NCBI GenBank assembly: GCA_000708835.1
Contig: DF236954.1
Span: 422,052-486,051, forward strand
Origin: Klebsormidium nitens
Taxonomy: Eukaryota; Plantae; Klebsormidiophyceae
Reading direction: 5' to 3'
Length of the DNA stretch: 64,000 nt
Under the pieces are notes generated by a model that worked only from the letters and a program-made list of their open reading frames with translations, was not told where the DNA came from and made no database searches. This document shows, piece after piece, positions 39,486-50,900 of this stretch. Position 1 is the stretch's first letter. Each line of letters starts with the position of its first letter. The position numbers were made by a program, and so were the translations under genes.

Positions 39486-42400
39486 TCAATGATAAATACC
39501 CGTGTCTTTTTCCGCCGGCTTATTTACCCCCCACCAAATAGCTAAAATAATCACTAAAACGGAGACAAGACCGAACAGGACTTCACGCACTGTCTTATGT
39601 ACAATCTTCATTGGCGGCACCGGATACTTCCCTTCCTGCAGACGAGGCGAAGCAGAATTTTCAGGACCCCATGCGGAGGGGGAGTAGGCAATTGAGCCAC
39701 GCACGTTGTTGAAGCGTGGTTGAACCAACAAAATCTGACTTGTCAAGTAAAGGGAGAGCGTACGAACCAAACGAATTCAAAAATCAAGTGTCATCTGTAA
39801 CGGACCCAACTTGAATCTCTGGGAAACGCATGGTCGAGACGAACGAAAGGAAACCGGATCCTTTCGGAGCACAATTGCGCTTCCCAAAGTACTCCCTCAC
39901 AAGGTTTGCGCAAACGCCGTTGCGCAATCCTACCTCAACCTTCTTCTGCACATCTGTTTAAGCACACCTGTCTTGACATTTCTCCGATCCTCGTGACAAA
40001 GGTCTTACGATACCCAGCCAGCCTTGAACCAAAGAACCTCATCCTTTGTAAAGTTGCAGCTAAATATCGAGCATGTGAAGATCGACGGCGCACCTTGTTT
40101 TTGATCGTCTCGTCGGCCCCTAGCTGTACGAGAAGATTGTACGTCCCGTTGCCCCAGTGATGCACCCCCGCCAAGTGAAGCGCCGTGTTCCCGTCCTGCG
40201 CCGTAGAAACAGCAAGTTAGTATCCCCTCCGTCTGGTGCTCTCAAAGTCCGTGACTTGGAGGACGCCGTTTCAGGGAGGGAACAGCGAATGATCCTTCAC
40301 GTGCAGGACCTCAAAGTCACATGCTGTGAAGGATGGTGAGAGGTCAGTGTAACGCAGTCTGGAACCTTCCGCACTTCCAGCGTTTCTCAAAAACGTACAG
40401 GCGAGGTTTCTGTAGAGCATGCTTGAAAAACGGACGCGTGATCATCTCTCCAACCCCGCTCGTTTCATTAAGGGGTACTCAACCAAGCGCTGGGCAGGTG
40501 CGGCTCTGCAAGATTTCCCTCAGAGCAGGAGCGCTTACGCCTCCGCTATTTGCAGCATCTTCGGAGGCTCGCAAAGCAATTGAGGTGCCTCATGTAGGTT
40601 TTGAGATCCAATCGACGTTCGCTTCATTGGCTGCTCCAGCCAAGGATCCCAATAGGCATCCCAATAGATCCCAAAATCAAAACCTGGAAAGCTGAAGAGC
40701 CAAGAGCGAAGCGGTCCGATTCGACCTCTGACATCGTCCACCAAAGACGAGGTCTGCTCAGTTTAGCATGATACCTTGAGACCGGAACTCTCGTACCTTG
40801 ACGCCCAACAATAAAATCCAAAGAGGGTGAGCGAAGCGTTCCCAGGCAGCCCTCACCTCGTCTGGAAACCGAGGTCCGCTCTTCCAATCGGAATAGGTAG
40901 TCGAGACCCAAATCGTCAAAGCAAAAATCTGGAGATAAAAGATCGGCCCAGCAGAGCATTCCGGACGACCCCTCACCTCGTCCGGAAAGCCGAGGTCCGC
41001 TCTTCCAAGCGTGATACTGGACAACCTCGAGACCGACACGTCAAACAATAAAGCCCAAACATTAAAGGGGCCAAAGGCAGCTTCCGGGCGGCTTCTCACC
41101 TCGTCCGTGAAGTCGAGGTCTGATCTTCCAAGCGTGAGACTTCCATACCAGAACCTTCAAATCTTGAATCCCAAAACGGATAAAGAGGCCCATCAAAGCA
41201 ATTCCAAGCGACCACTCCCCTCGTCCTTTGAAGTCTGCCGTCGGCTCTTCCAAGCCTAACGTTCCACAACCTCGCGTTCTGGAACCGTGAAGTATAAGCC
41301 CAGAACCCTGACCCCTCGAGACAGCCAGCAAGCGTCCCAGGGGGATCCCCTCACCTCGTCCGTGAAGTCGAGGTCCGCTCGGTGAATCGCGCACCGTTTT
41401 TTCTTGCACGCGTGGCACTTGGGGTCACTGAGAGAGGCCAAGTATTCGATGACGTGGTCGTATCGCTCAAAGACGGCGCCGAACACCGGGATTTGCCGGC
41501 TCTGTGAGGGGTTGAGAGAGGTGACGTGAGCAGGTAAGAGATCGACGTTTGGGACCCGGCGACACATTCTTAGGCGCTTTTAAGCCAGTGGGATTGACAG
41601 TTGCGTGAAAGAGTAAGAATGGCAAGGAGCAACTAGGAGAGCGACACTTTGGATTACGTATAGTTTACGGACCGTAGAACTGGCCGCAGAGATTTAACAC
41701 CAGAATATCTACGGGGACTGCCAGCTCTGCCGGGGGGCAGGGCTAAGACCTGTGGAATGTTTGCCACGCAGCACTAGCATCCACTGAAAGCCCCAGATAC
41801 TCATCATACTGGCAAAACGGATGGAGGGAGAGCATGGATTCCGAGCCGAAATTAGTGATCCCTCCTGAGTATAACCCTCTACGTTCGGCGGTCTAGGTTG
41901 AATGAAACCACCAAACTTGACCGTCAATCACATGGGTTTTGGTTGAAGGGAATAACCAGGGAGTCCACCGGGAGTCCCTGTTCTCCTTCCATCTGTTCGA
42001 GCAGCAGCGGTTCAACAAACAAGGTTTCCGCCGTATTCAGGCAAGAAGTTTGTCTCGGCCTGGCGACCTGATTGTCCCACTTTTCACCTTGCGCATCTTG
42101 TTTGTGCGAAAAAGATACTTAACACTCCCTCAAAGACGTGGCCGAACCTTGTACCTCGTTGGACTTCACCGCAAAAGAACGTGCTTGCATTGCGCAAGTG
42201 GAAAGCTGACGCCACAAATTCTCCACAAAAACCGCTGGCGCCAATATGTGACTGCATAATCTTCGAAGACAAAGGCCCAGGAAGGATCCACTCACATCGT
42301 TCACTGCGTTCACTTCCGCTCCGTGCTCTACCAACAGCTGGCTCATCCGTTTGCTCCCCTTCACAGTCGCGTAATGCAGCGGCGTATTCCCCTCAAAGTT

Positions 42401-43709
42401 TCTGCAGTTTGGGTCGTTGATCTTCTCCTTCAGAATGTACTCAGCTACCTCAAAGCTGAGCTTTTGGACTGCCCAATGCAGCGGCAACGTGCCTCGTTCT
42501 CCATCCTGCGAGTGTGAAGGAGCCCCAGTGTGAACACTCTGGTTGGAGCTAGCATTTTAGAGGCACACAGTACATCTCTAACGATTGCATTTAGAGTCAA
42601 ATGTTGGATTTTTTTTCCGGGGCTTGAACATACTTCGAGTTCCGAAGACCCTCGCTTGGTCTGTGCCCACTAGGAGTTTGTCTTTCTGCCTCTTGTCAGA
42701 GGCCCTTGGTCAGATGAGTGAAGTGCAGAAAAGAGAGGACTTTTGCTTATGTGCGTCGATCAACCAAAGCCCAACCAGCCAATGTGTATTTCAGTAGAGA
42801 GGGTGGGATGAGTACAACGTCATAGAATGTTTGGAGGGCTCAACATTTCACACATCTTCAACCGTGTTGAACTTATGTCCTCTTTTGTTGGCCATGAACA
42901 TTGTAATAGAGTGCGCTCTTCAGAATAAGGGTTTGCTTGAATTAGGGTTTGACCCTTCGGCGGAACTCGGACAAAGAATGAGTTTCCAATCCATGTCACC
43001 CCACAGCGGCTCAGGTCTTGACCTCTCTACTGCCAGACGACCATCTTGAATGCCATTCCAGCCCTCCCCTTCTTGGGGCTGCCTGTGTCTTTCTGGTGAA
43101 ATTCAAACAGCTCAAAGCCCGTGGTAAGACTTTCCGCATCTAACTTAAGTTTGACGACGATCCAACATTTTCTGGAGTTGTCCCGGAAGGTGACGACCCC
43201 ACCTAAGCCATCAGACAGATCTAAGCGATAACTTTCTTTCATCACTGGGACCTCCTCCTTCTTTCCAACATTCCGAGTAGCATCGGCTTTCTCCTTCTGC
43301 CAATGCGCAGAAAGAACTTACAAGAGAGAAGAGAGTTCACAACATTGCTCGGAGCTCTTATACAAATAACGCTTTAGTAGGAAGCGCACTTTAGATCCAG
43401 GTGAGAGAAGGTCAAAGTAGCAAATGCAGACGACAGATCCTAGTTGAAAGGTCACAACGGGGTTTTGAATAGTTGCACATGTGCACATGGGACCTCAGAA
43501 ATAACATAGGTCAACCACTTATCAAAGGCACTTGCAAATGTGGTGGTAACTTGACTAACCTTCTGGTTTGGGTCCAGACCAACTTTCAGCGCCTCCTTGA
43601 AAAGGTTTAGATCGCCCCTTTCCGCTGCAATATGCGGAACCAGGAGGTTCTCATCCACGCCAGGACTTATACCCCACTGCTTCAGCAGCTCGGTCCTGAT
43701 CGTGTCCAT
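39486..43709 (-). CDS. Ankyrin-repeat protein with C-terminal transmembrane anchor, about 252 aa. Exons 43560-43709, 42296-42505, 41355-41501, 40094-40195, 39486-39635. True 5' end uncertain.
   Basis: In-phase junctions complete ankyrin repeats (LDPNQK|DGERGTLPLHWA; GNTPLHYA; GAEVNAVND|SRQIPVFGA; ADLDFTDE|DGNTALHLA; GADETIKNK|EGKYP). Hydrophobic tail VLFGLVSVLVIILAIWWGV lies near the C-terminus. Confidence 0.8.
40690..41390 (-). repeat. Six-unit tandem array (about 120-135 bp) built from the 3' end plus donor of ankyrin exon 41355-41501
   Basis: Core ctcacctcgtccg.gaa..cgaggtccgctc near 41350 (true donor), 41215, 41095, 40972, 40852 and about 40730. Confidence 0.9.
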
Positions 43710-45626
43710 TTCCAGTTGCTGATGTCAGCAAGAGCTCGCCCTTGACCACCTTCCAGGAGCTTATTTTCAGTCGTTGGACCAAATGCAGAACCGGAGTCAG
43801 AAACTCTCTTCTTTGAACGATCTCTCGGAGCTCGCTACTAGTACCAAAGTCGCCCAATCTGACTGGTAAGAACGAGCTGCAGTGAATGTCTCTGGAACGA
43901 ATGCTGAGAGTCAGTACTTCGAGATCCCGCTCAGCAGCGCAGATGAACCTTGAATCTGTTGGCACCAACTTTTTGGACTATGTGCAAATGCTGCTGCCTT
44001 TTACTATGCAACAAGACGTGCGGCCAACTGGGTGAGCTAAGTATGTACGGTAGAAGCAATTTGTTTGAAGACTGACATCAAACTCGCTTGCTTTACGTAC
44101 CTACCTTTATCATTGATGATTGAGTTGAACCCAGAGCACGAGCTAGCTAGGCTCTAGCCCATCCTCGCAGAAATGAAAGTGCCAAGTGGCCTCATGAGTT
44201 GTGCTAGTCAAATGTCAGGGCGACTGCGACGTCAAGACTCTGATCGATCAAGAGGGAGTGCGCTTTTTGGCCACAGGGTTACCACGTGTACCACATGTCA
44301 TTCGCCAGCCGTCGGATCGGAATAACTGGTTTGCGAATCGTCCGATATTGGCTCTTGCGATGTCATGTGAACCAGAAAGCCAGCGGCACGCATGGAGTAC
44401 CCAGGTCTACACCATACCTATACCTAGTACTACTGTGGTACGCGTACTCAGACATTATGATCCATGTCATGAGGACAACCTTGTATATTACCAAACATCA
44501 AGGACAAAACTCTCAGTAGGTATTCTATCCGAACTTGGCATAGTACTCCAGCCTGGTGTCGGCTGGGTATGTGAGTCTTTCAACAGCTTCCGTTCCTAAC
44601 AGCACTGTCAGCAGTACGGATCAAGCAGATTGATCACAAAGCTTGTATGCTGATTAGTACGACCAATCAGGAGGCTCGGATGAGGCTTCGAAAGGGCTTT
44701 GAAGCAAAATCCTGCTTCCGACAAAATCCTGAGATGTGCTCGTTACGTGGCCCTGAATCCATGGTCGATCAATCTCAGAACATATACGCGACCGTGTTGA
44801 CTGCGAATCTGAGGATCTCGCTTTGCAATGTGTAGATGCATTGCATATGGCATCATGTTGCGGCAAGTTCCAAAGTTTCTTTTCGGCCGTGTTGACCTCT
44901 TTGACTTCGAACGCATCCACTGTAACGCTGTTTGACCCAATGCAAGCTTCCGAACCCCTGGCTAGAACATCAAGCGCTGCGCATCTGAAGAGTGCATTGA
45001 AAGCGATTGTGGATGTGTTGAGAAATGGTACTTAGTAGTATGTGCAGTGCATGGCTTTCTCACCAAAGCAATCTATACCAAGACGATAATCTGCATCATC
45101 AAAAACTCTGCGATGCTCGAGCTAGTAGTGACACCTCGCGATGCTCAAGGACCGGCACCGCCATACATACAAGTCCTTCCCACGAAGGAAGTGTAAACTC
45201 GAAGACGCAACGACGCCAATCGGCTGCTCCAAGCTTAGCGGCGCGGCCTGCGAGACGTTGTCAAGCGTGGACGCTTGAACCCCAGAGCAAGCGCCGTGAG
45301 AGCGGTCTGATCCTAGCAACATATCCACCAGCTAAACGTCTAGCATCAATAAAGTTGTCCTTTTCCATTTGCTGTTCTCTCGCATATAACTAGCTTTTCT
45401 CAGCAGCACGCGCCAAGGAAAAGATTCGTTTCACCGGGCCGAGACCTGCGTTTCCTTGTGGCCGTCGAAACTGCATCCGAACGCTTTATCGCATTCCAAC
45501 CTTCTCGTGGCTCAAAGCAGCATTATGACGTCAGAACCCCCACAACAAGCACAACCACCCCACTTAAGAATCAAGTCTGCACCCATTTCTGTTAATTGGT
45601 CCCAGCGCCGGGGATCCCTTTCTTGA

Positions 45627-46761
45627 ATGGCCTTCGGCAGCCTCCAGTCGCACTGCCACACCGCCACCGCACTGCTCAAACGGAACCTCGTCACAATGGA
45701 GTGCCCCCGTGGGGCGGGTTCTAGAACCGGGTCGCTGCTCGGAGAGAACGCGCACGAGCTTCTGAGCCGGAGTCAGGAGTTGAGCTGCAATGGGGGGGCG
45801 ATGCACCAGGCGGCGAAAGGCCTTGCAGACGTGGGGGCTGCCGGGGCGAAGGTGAGGATCGTTGGGTTACTGCGGAGGTGTCGGGTAAAACGGGGCCTCC
45901 TTTCTGGCATGGATTGAGGAAAGTGGTGAAGCGGCAGAATTCACCTAGGTGGGAAGTTATTTGAAACGTAGTAGTGGCGCTTTGCTGAGGTGAACCGTGA
46001 AAGACCGTTTCCTGAGACAGTCCTTGTCTTCATTACGGTCATTATGGCGATGTTGCGACGGGCCCAAAAGAATGTTTGCAGCACTTTTTCAGAGCATTTG
46101 CTCTACAAGCGAGGACTCTTTAGTTCCAGCTGGATCTGCAGATCAGTCCAGGAAATAGTTTCACGGTTCTTGGCAGAGAGACTTTCCACTTCGTCGACAA
46201 GATAAGTTTCCTTGCTGAAGTGGGAAGTCGATGTTGTTCACGGCCATGAGTGGCTGATTGACCGTGGTCTGTTGAAGTCGTAGTTTCATCGAAAACAGTC
46301 CAAAAATACTCCAGCTTGACTGTGAGTCTCACGATCAGTATCTCTTCGAAGCGAGAGAGGAAAGCGCACCTTACGGGGCTTTTAATACAGCTTGGAATGC
46401 TGACCGTTTTCTTGACCGTGTTGATCACCGTTCTCGGCCAGTTGGCAACAATCAGCTGGCCTCTGATTCAAGAAAGGTTTTGAGCTTCGGGCTGACATCA
46501 ACGGTTCCACCCCTTAATCTTGCTGCCTACCTAATCGCTGGAATTCTTGTTCTTGAGTCCGCTGATAAGCGATGTCCTTTTGGTTCTTAGGGCGGTTCCG
46601 GCCCCCAGAGCGGAAGCCTGGCCGGAGAGAGCATCCAGATGGTGCTCGAATGGACCCTGCCCCGGGACGCCTATAACGTGCTCCGCTCGTTCCGCTTCCG
46701 GAATGACGACATCAAGATGGTATTCGCGGCGCAGACGGCAGTAGGGGGCGCTTTCGACTGA
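45627..46761 (+). CDS. Hypothetical protein, two exons (45627-45851, 46591-46761), about 131 aa
   Basis: AAG|GTGAGG donor and ttcttag| acceptor join in phase 0. The second exon is GC3-rich (GGSGPQSGSLAGESIQMVLEWTLPRDAYNVLRSFRFRNDDIKMVFAAQTAVGGAFD*). No family recognised. Confidence 0.45.
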
Positions 46762-47953
46762 TCATATCTAAATGCAAGAGCTCATACTGGCCGCATCGGC
46801 ATGGCACGCAAGCCCATGAGTAAAATGGAACCGGGGCGGAATCATTCCGGCCAGCCGGCCGGGTTTGCATCAGTAGGCGATCGATTGCAGACGGGCAGAG
46901 ATCAACTATATGCGACGGTGTGACATTAGGTCTTCAAGTGAGTCTTTAGCATCATTCCGTACAGGCAGATCGATTGATAGAAGCGGCAGCTCCAAACCAG
47001 TGTGCGGGCCCAATGTAGCGCCGTGACTGAGCCCCATCCAAGCAAGTGCATGCACGTGAGAATCAAGTACAATATGTCGAACACATGTACAATACTCGAT
47101 CATGCATGCCATCGTGCATGTGGGGCCCGCCCGTCACTGTCTTTTTGATTCGGAAGATCATCTCCGCGCCAGTGTAACGTAGTTGCTAGCCTTGATGCAT
47201 CACTACGTTAGAATGCAAGCCAGATTTTGGGAGTCACTGCATATTTGGTGAGCCCTTCTCGACGGTGCCATGCAGGATTGTGATCGGATGACTTACGTTG
47301 CTTTTAAACGTCAAAAACAATTGCATCAATCGATCTTTGAAGAGAGCGCGCGGCATGCATGGATCAGATTGTGACGGTGCCATGCGGATTACCTCTAGGT
47401 ACTCCAGGCTGTCCAGTCGCCCACGCAACCGTCATGACGGCGAACCAACTAACAGATCAAGGTCACTGTGGCAGAATTTTTTTGGTAATGATCCGGCCTC
47501 AGACAGGAGTTAAACCGGAGCTTGAAGGTCCAGACTTCCTTGCAGACTTTGTTTGTAAGTCATACTTTAGCTAGGCTTTTTGCTAAAACTTCGACTCTTC
47601 GTTGCTCTTTACTTTTTGAAGTTCCGCTGACTTGGCAGTTTTTGCGCAGAAGGTCAACCAGGCTCTCAAATTGCTACACACAAATTCATCGGACTTAGAC
47701 GGTCCGGTCCAATTTGACATATTCGAAACCGATCCATGCTGCCCCAAGTTGCCGGGCCATACGATCCCAAAGCCCCATCTTATATGCACGCCTAAACTCA
47801 CAGCCATGCGGTTCCCTACCATTCTTCCCACTTTTACTCAAAAGCAGACACGAAGCGTTTCGTTGGATATGACATCTCCCGTCCATCCTAAGATTCCCTG
47901 CCTACACGACCCCCTACTTCAGCCTCTTCTGCTCCCCCCCTCCCAATTCCCGC

Positions 47954-50900
47954 CTACACGACCCCCTGTTTCAGCAACTGCTGCAGCTTGCTCTTCTCCT
48001 TCTCCACGCGATTCGCCTGGGCCTTGTAGTTGACGAACGCCTTGCGGGCCTCGGCCTCCATCTGGTTGACCCGCTCTAGTTCCGCCTCCATCAGCCCCTT
48101 CTGCTCCTCCAGGCACTTGCTCAGGTCCTCAAACTCCTTGCCGCTCTTCTCACGCTCGGCTGCACATATACATCACGGGTTTGGACTTCGTGCTTCAGCG
48201 CTTCAACGTCACAGATAAGTCAGACCATACGGGAATTTGCTCCCTTCTGACCCTCTGAAACTTGGTGCCGCTGCACTTTGTTGGTGAAGGCCATTTGACC
48301 TGGTAGTTCTTATTGATATTTGGATGTAGAGGATACTGTGTTTTCAGGGTTTTGCTCAGCTCCTCAAACCTCCCAACCGCTGCGTTTCCGCCTGGCGCCA
48401 CATTCAGTCCAAATTTGAAAGAGACCTGCAACCTCTGGTTTAAATCACCACTCACTTGGATCTGATTTTCGAACACCATGCGCCCCAGCTTGACGTAGAC
48501 CTCGACCTTCAATTTCGACTTTACTTCGAAGGTTTCGTGCTACTGACAGAAATGAGAAGAAAAGGCCGAGCTCAGTCAGCAGCCCCACCTTGAGATACTG
48601 TACAAGCTCACCTTGAATATGGTCGACCTTGCGCCGCAGCTTCACGTAGACCCGCTGTCGAGAACCCTTGGCCACCAGAACGTCAGTCTTTAGGATTGAA
48701 AAACTTCCTTCTCTGTTCCATTACCTTGTCGGCTCACCTTGGATCTGGCCCTCGGGATTGCGCCCGAGGTTGATGCAGACCCTCTGCGGAGAACCAATGG
48801 CCTCCAAACTCTTAGTTCTCACAATTTCTCAAAACTCTGCAGGCTCACCTCGAATCTGGTCCTCGGAAGTCTTGCGCCCAAGCTCGATGTAGACCCTCTG
48901 CGGAGAACCAATGGCCACCAAACTCCCACTTCTTACGACTAAAAACTTCTCAAAATTTTGCAGGCTCACCTTGGATCTGGTCCTCCGGGATCTTGCGCCC
49001 CAGCTTGACGTACACCTCCACCTTGCGCTTCAGCTGCTCCACGTTCATTCTGCGCGCCTCGTTCAGCTCGCGCAGGGAGTCCTGCCACTCGGCCTGCTTC
49101 GCCTCGCGCGCCGTCTGCACCGTGCCGCCGAACGACGTCTCCCACGGGGACTTGGGCTTAGCCAGCTCTTCAGCCGCAGTGTCGGGAATGCCGATCAGGG
49201 CTGCAAAAAGAAGAGAGCGGCTATGAGCTCAGTCCAGATTTAGAGGGAATCGGGTCTTTTGAAGTTCAGGTCTCGATTTCATTCAAACCCCATTGAAACC
49301 CCCTTTGCAGTGTCTCATTTCCGAGGCGACCTGGGCTTGGCCAGCTCGTCGGCCGCAGGGTTGGGGAGCCCGATCAGCGCTGCAGAGGGAAAGAAAGGGT
49401 CAAGACTCAAAGTAGAGAGTTCTTAGAAACTACTGACTACCTTATTCTTGCAAAATTTGTACCGGGCGGCCGAAGGACGCCTCTCATGGCGACTTGGGCT
49501 TGGCCAGCTCCTCGGCCGCAGTGTCGGGGAGGGGAATCAGAGCTGCGGAGGCAAAATCAAGCGTCGAAACTCAAAATTGATGAATTATAGATAACTATTG
49601 ACTCTCTATTAGATTCCCGCGCCCTCTGCACTGCGCAAACAAACGACGCCTCCCACGGCGACCCGGATCTGGCAGCTCCTCGGCTGCAAGGAGAGGGCAA
49701 ACAGGTCTGTGGAGACAATCTCAAGACTCAAATCTCCGCTTCCTCAAGCTTTGGTTATCAAAGTTTGTCATGAATTTGGTGACGTCATAGGTCTTCTCTC
49801 CTAGTCGTCAGGGCGTCCAGCTTTGCGCTGCGCTGTGTATAGAGCGGCCCGACTATTAGAGACGAGCGACTCTAGTGATTAGCCACTGGTTGCGAGAAAG
49901 AACGTTCTGACCGACGTCAACACCCCCGCCTGACAAGTGGCAAAGCAAGGCAACTCGAGCTAGCGGAAACACCCCGCTTCAATGAGCACATCAGAGCAGA
50001 AGTTTCCTCCTCCCGGGCCACAGCACCAAGTTCGTTGCAAAGCACAACCGAGCGTTGGTGCTCAAGCTTCCCTACATGAAAGACTGCAGATCTAAAGAAG
50101 AGAGGCCGAGCAGAACTAGAGAAGGGCGAGCGAAGGGGCTACATGAGAGACTGCAGATCTAAAGTAAAGAGGCCGAGCAGAACTAGAGAAGGGCGAGCGG
50201 AGGGGGCGGTCCGACCTTCGAGCGCCTGGATGTCGCGCACCGCCGTCTCGTACGCTTGCTGCAGCTTCGTCTTTTCCTCCTCGATCTTCTTGCGCTGCGC
50301 CTCCTGCTCCTCTTTGCGCCGGGCCACCAGGTGCTCTAGAGCTTCCTTGTGGGCCCTGCACCACAAGACAGAAAGCAGGAACTTTTAGAGGTCTCAAAGT
50401 TGTAGTGGTAGCTGGAGGCAGTCGTTTTTCCGTTTTTTGGAGCTTGGCACCAGCTAGAGCTTCACCGAGGGACTGGCAATCCAGATAGTAGAGCCAGGAT
50501 TTTGAACGGTTTCAGAGGTTCATGAGGATCCGAAGATAGCCCTCTTCCCGGTCGAAGGTCTGGCACCAGCTAGAGCTTCCTTGTGAGCCCTGTACCAGAG
50601 AGAGGACAGCAGGAACTTTTAGAGGTTCGGCAGAATAAGTACTCAGGGACAGCCTTGATGAACTGGCTTTTGGCGCAGCTAAAGCTTACTTGTCGGCCTG
50701 CACCGCAGATGGTACGGCGAAAAGCTTCACATGTCTCAAAGATGCAAAGATGAGCAGGAGGCACGCTTAAGATACAATCTGGGCCTTGGAATCCGCTGGA
50801 GCTCCCCCGTGAACCCTGCACCGGAGGTGAGATGGCGGGATTTTTGAGAGGATGGGCATGGGTGATTGCTATTGGTGGTTTGGCACCTTTGCCTGGAGAT

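Noticed and set aside
40690-41390. Regular repeat with a conserved ~35-bp core and variable intervals that resembles a CRISPR array
   Set aside because: The context is eukaryotic, the core is the exon end plus GTGAG donor, the intervals are homologous to each other, and no cas genes are present.
45512-45860. Minus-strand frame containing HVCKAFRRLV, reminiscent of an F-box tail
   Set aside because: No upstream F-box core or coherent splicing; the plus-strand exon model explains the region better.
46196-46560. Fragments vaguely like a protein-kinase N-lobe
   Set aside because: Multiple stops and no canonical kinase motifs (GxGxxG, HRD, DFG).
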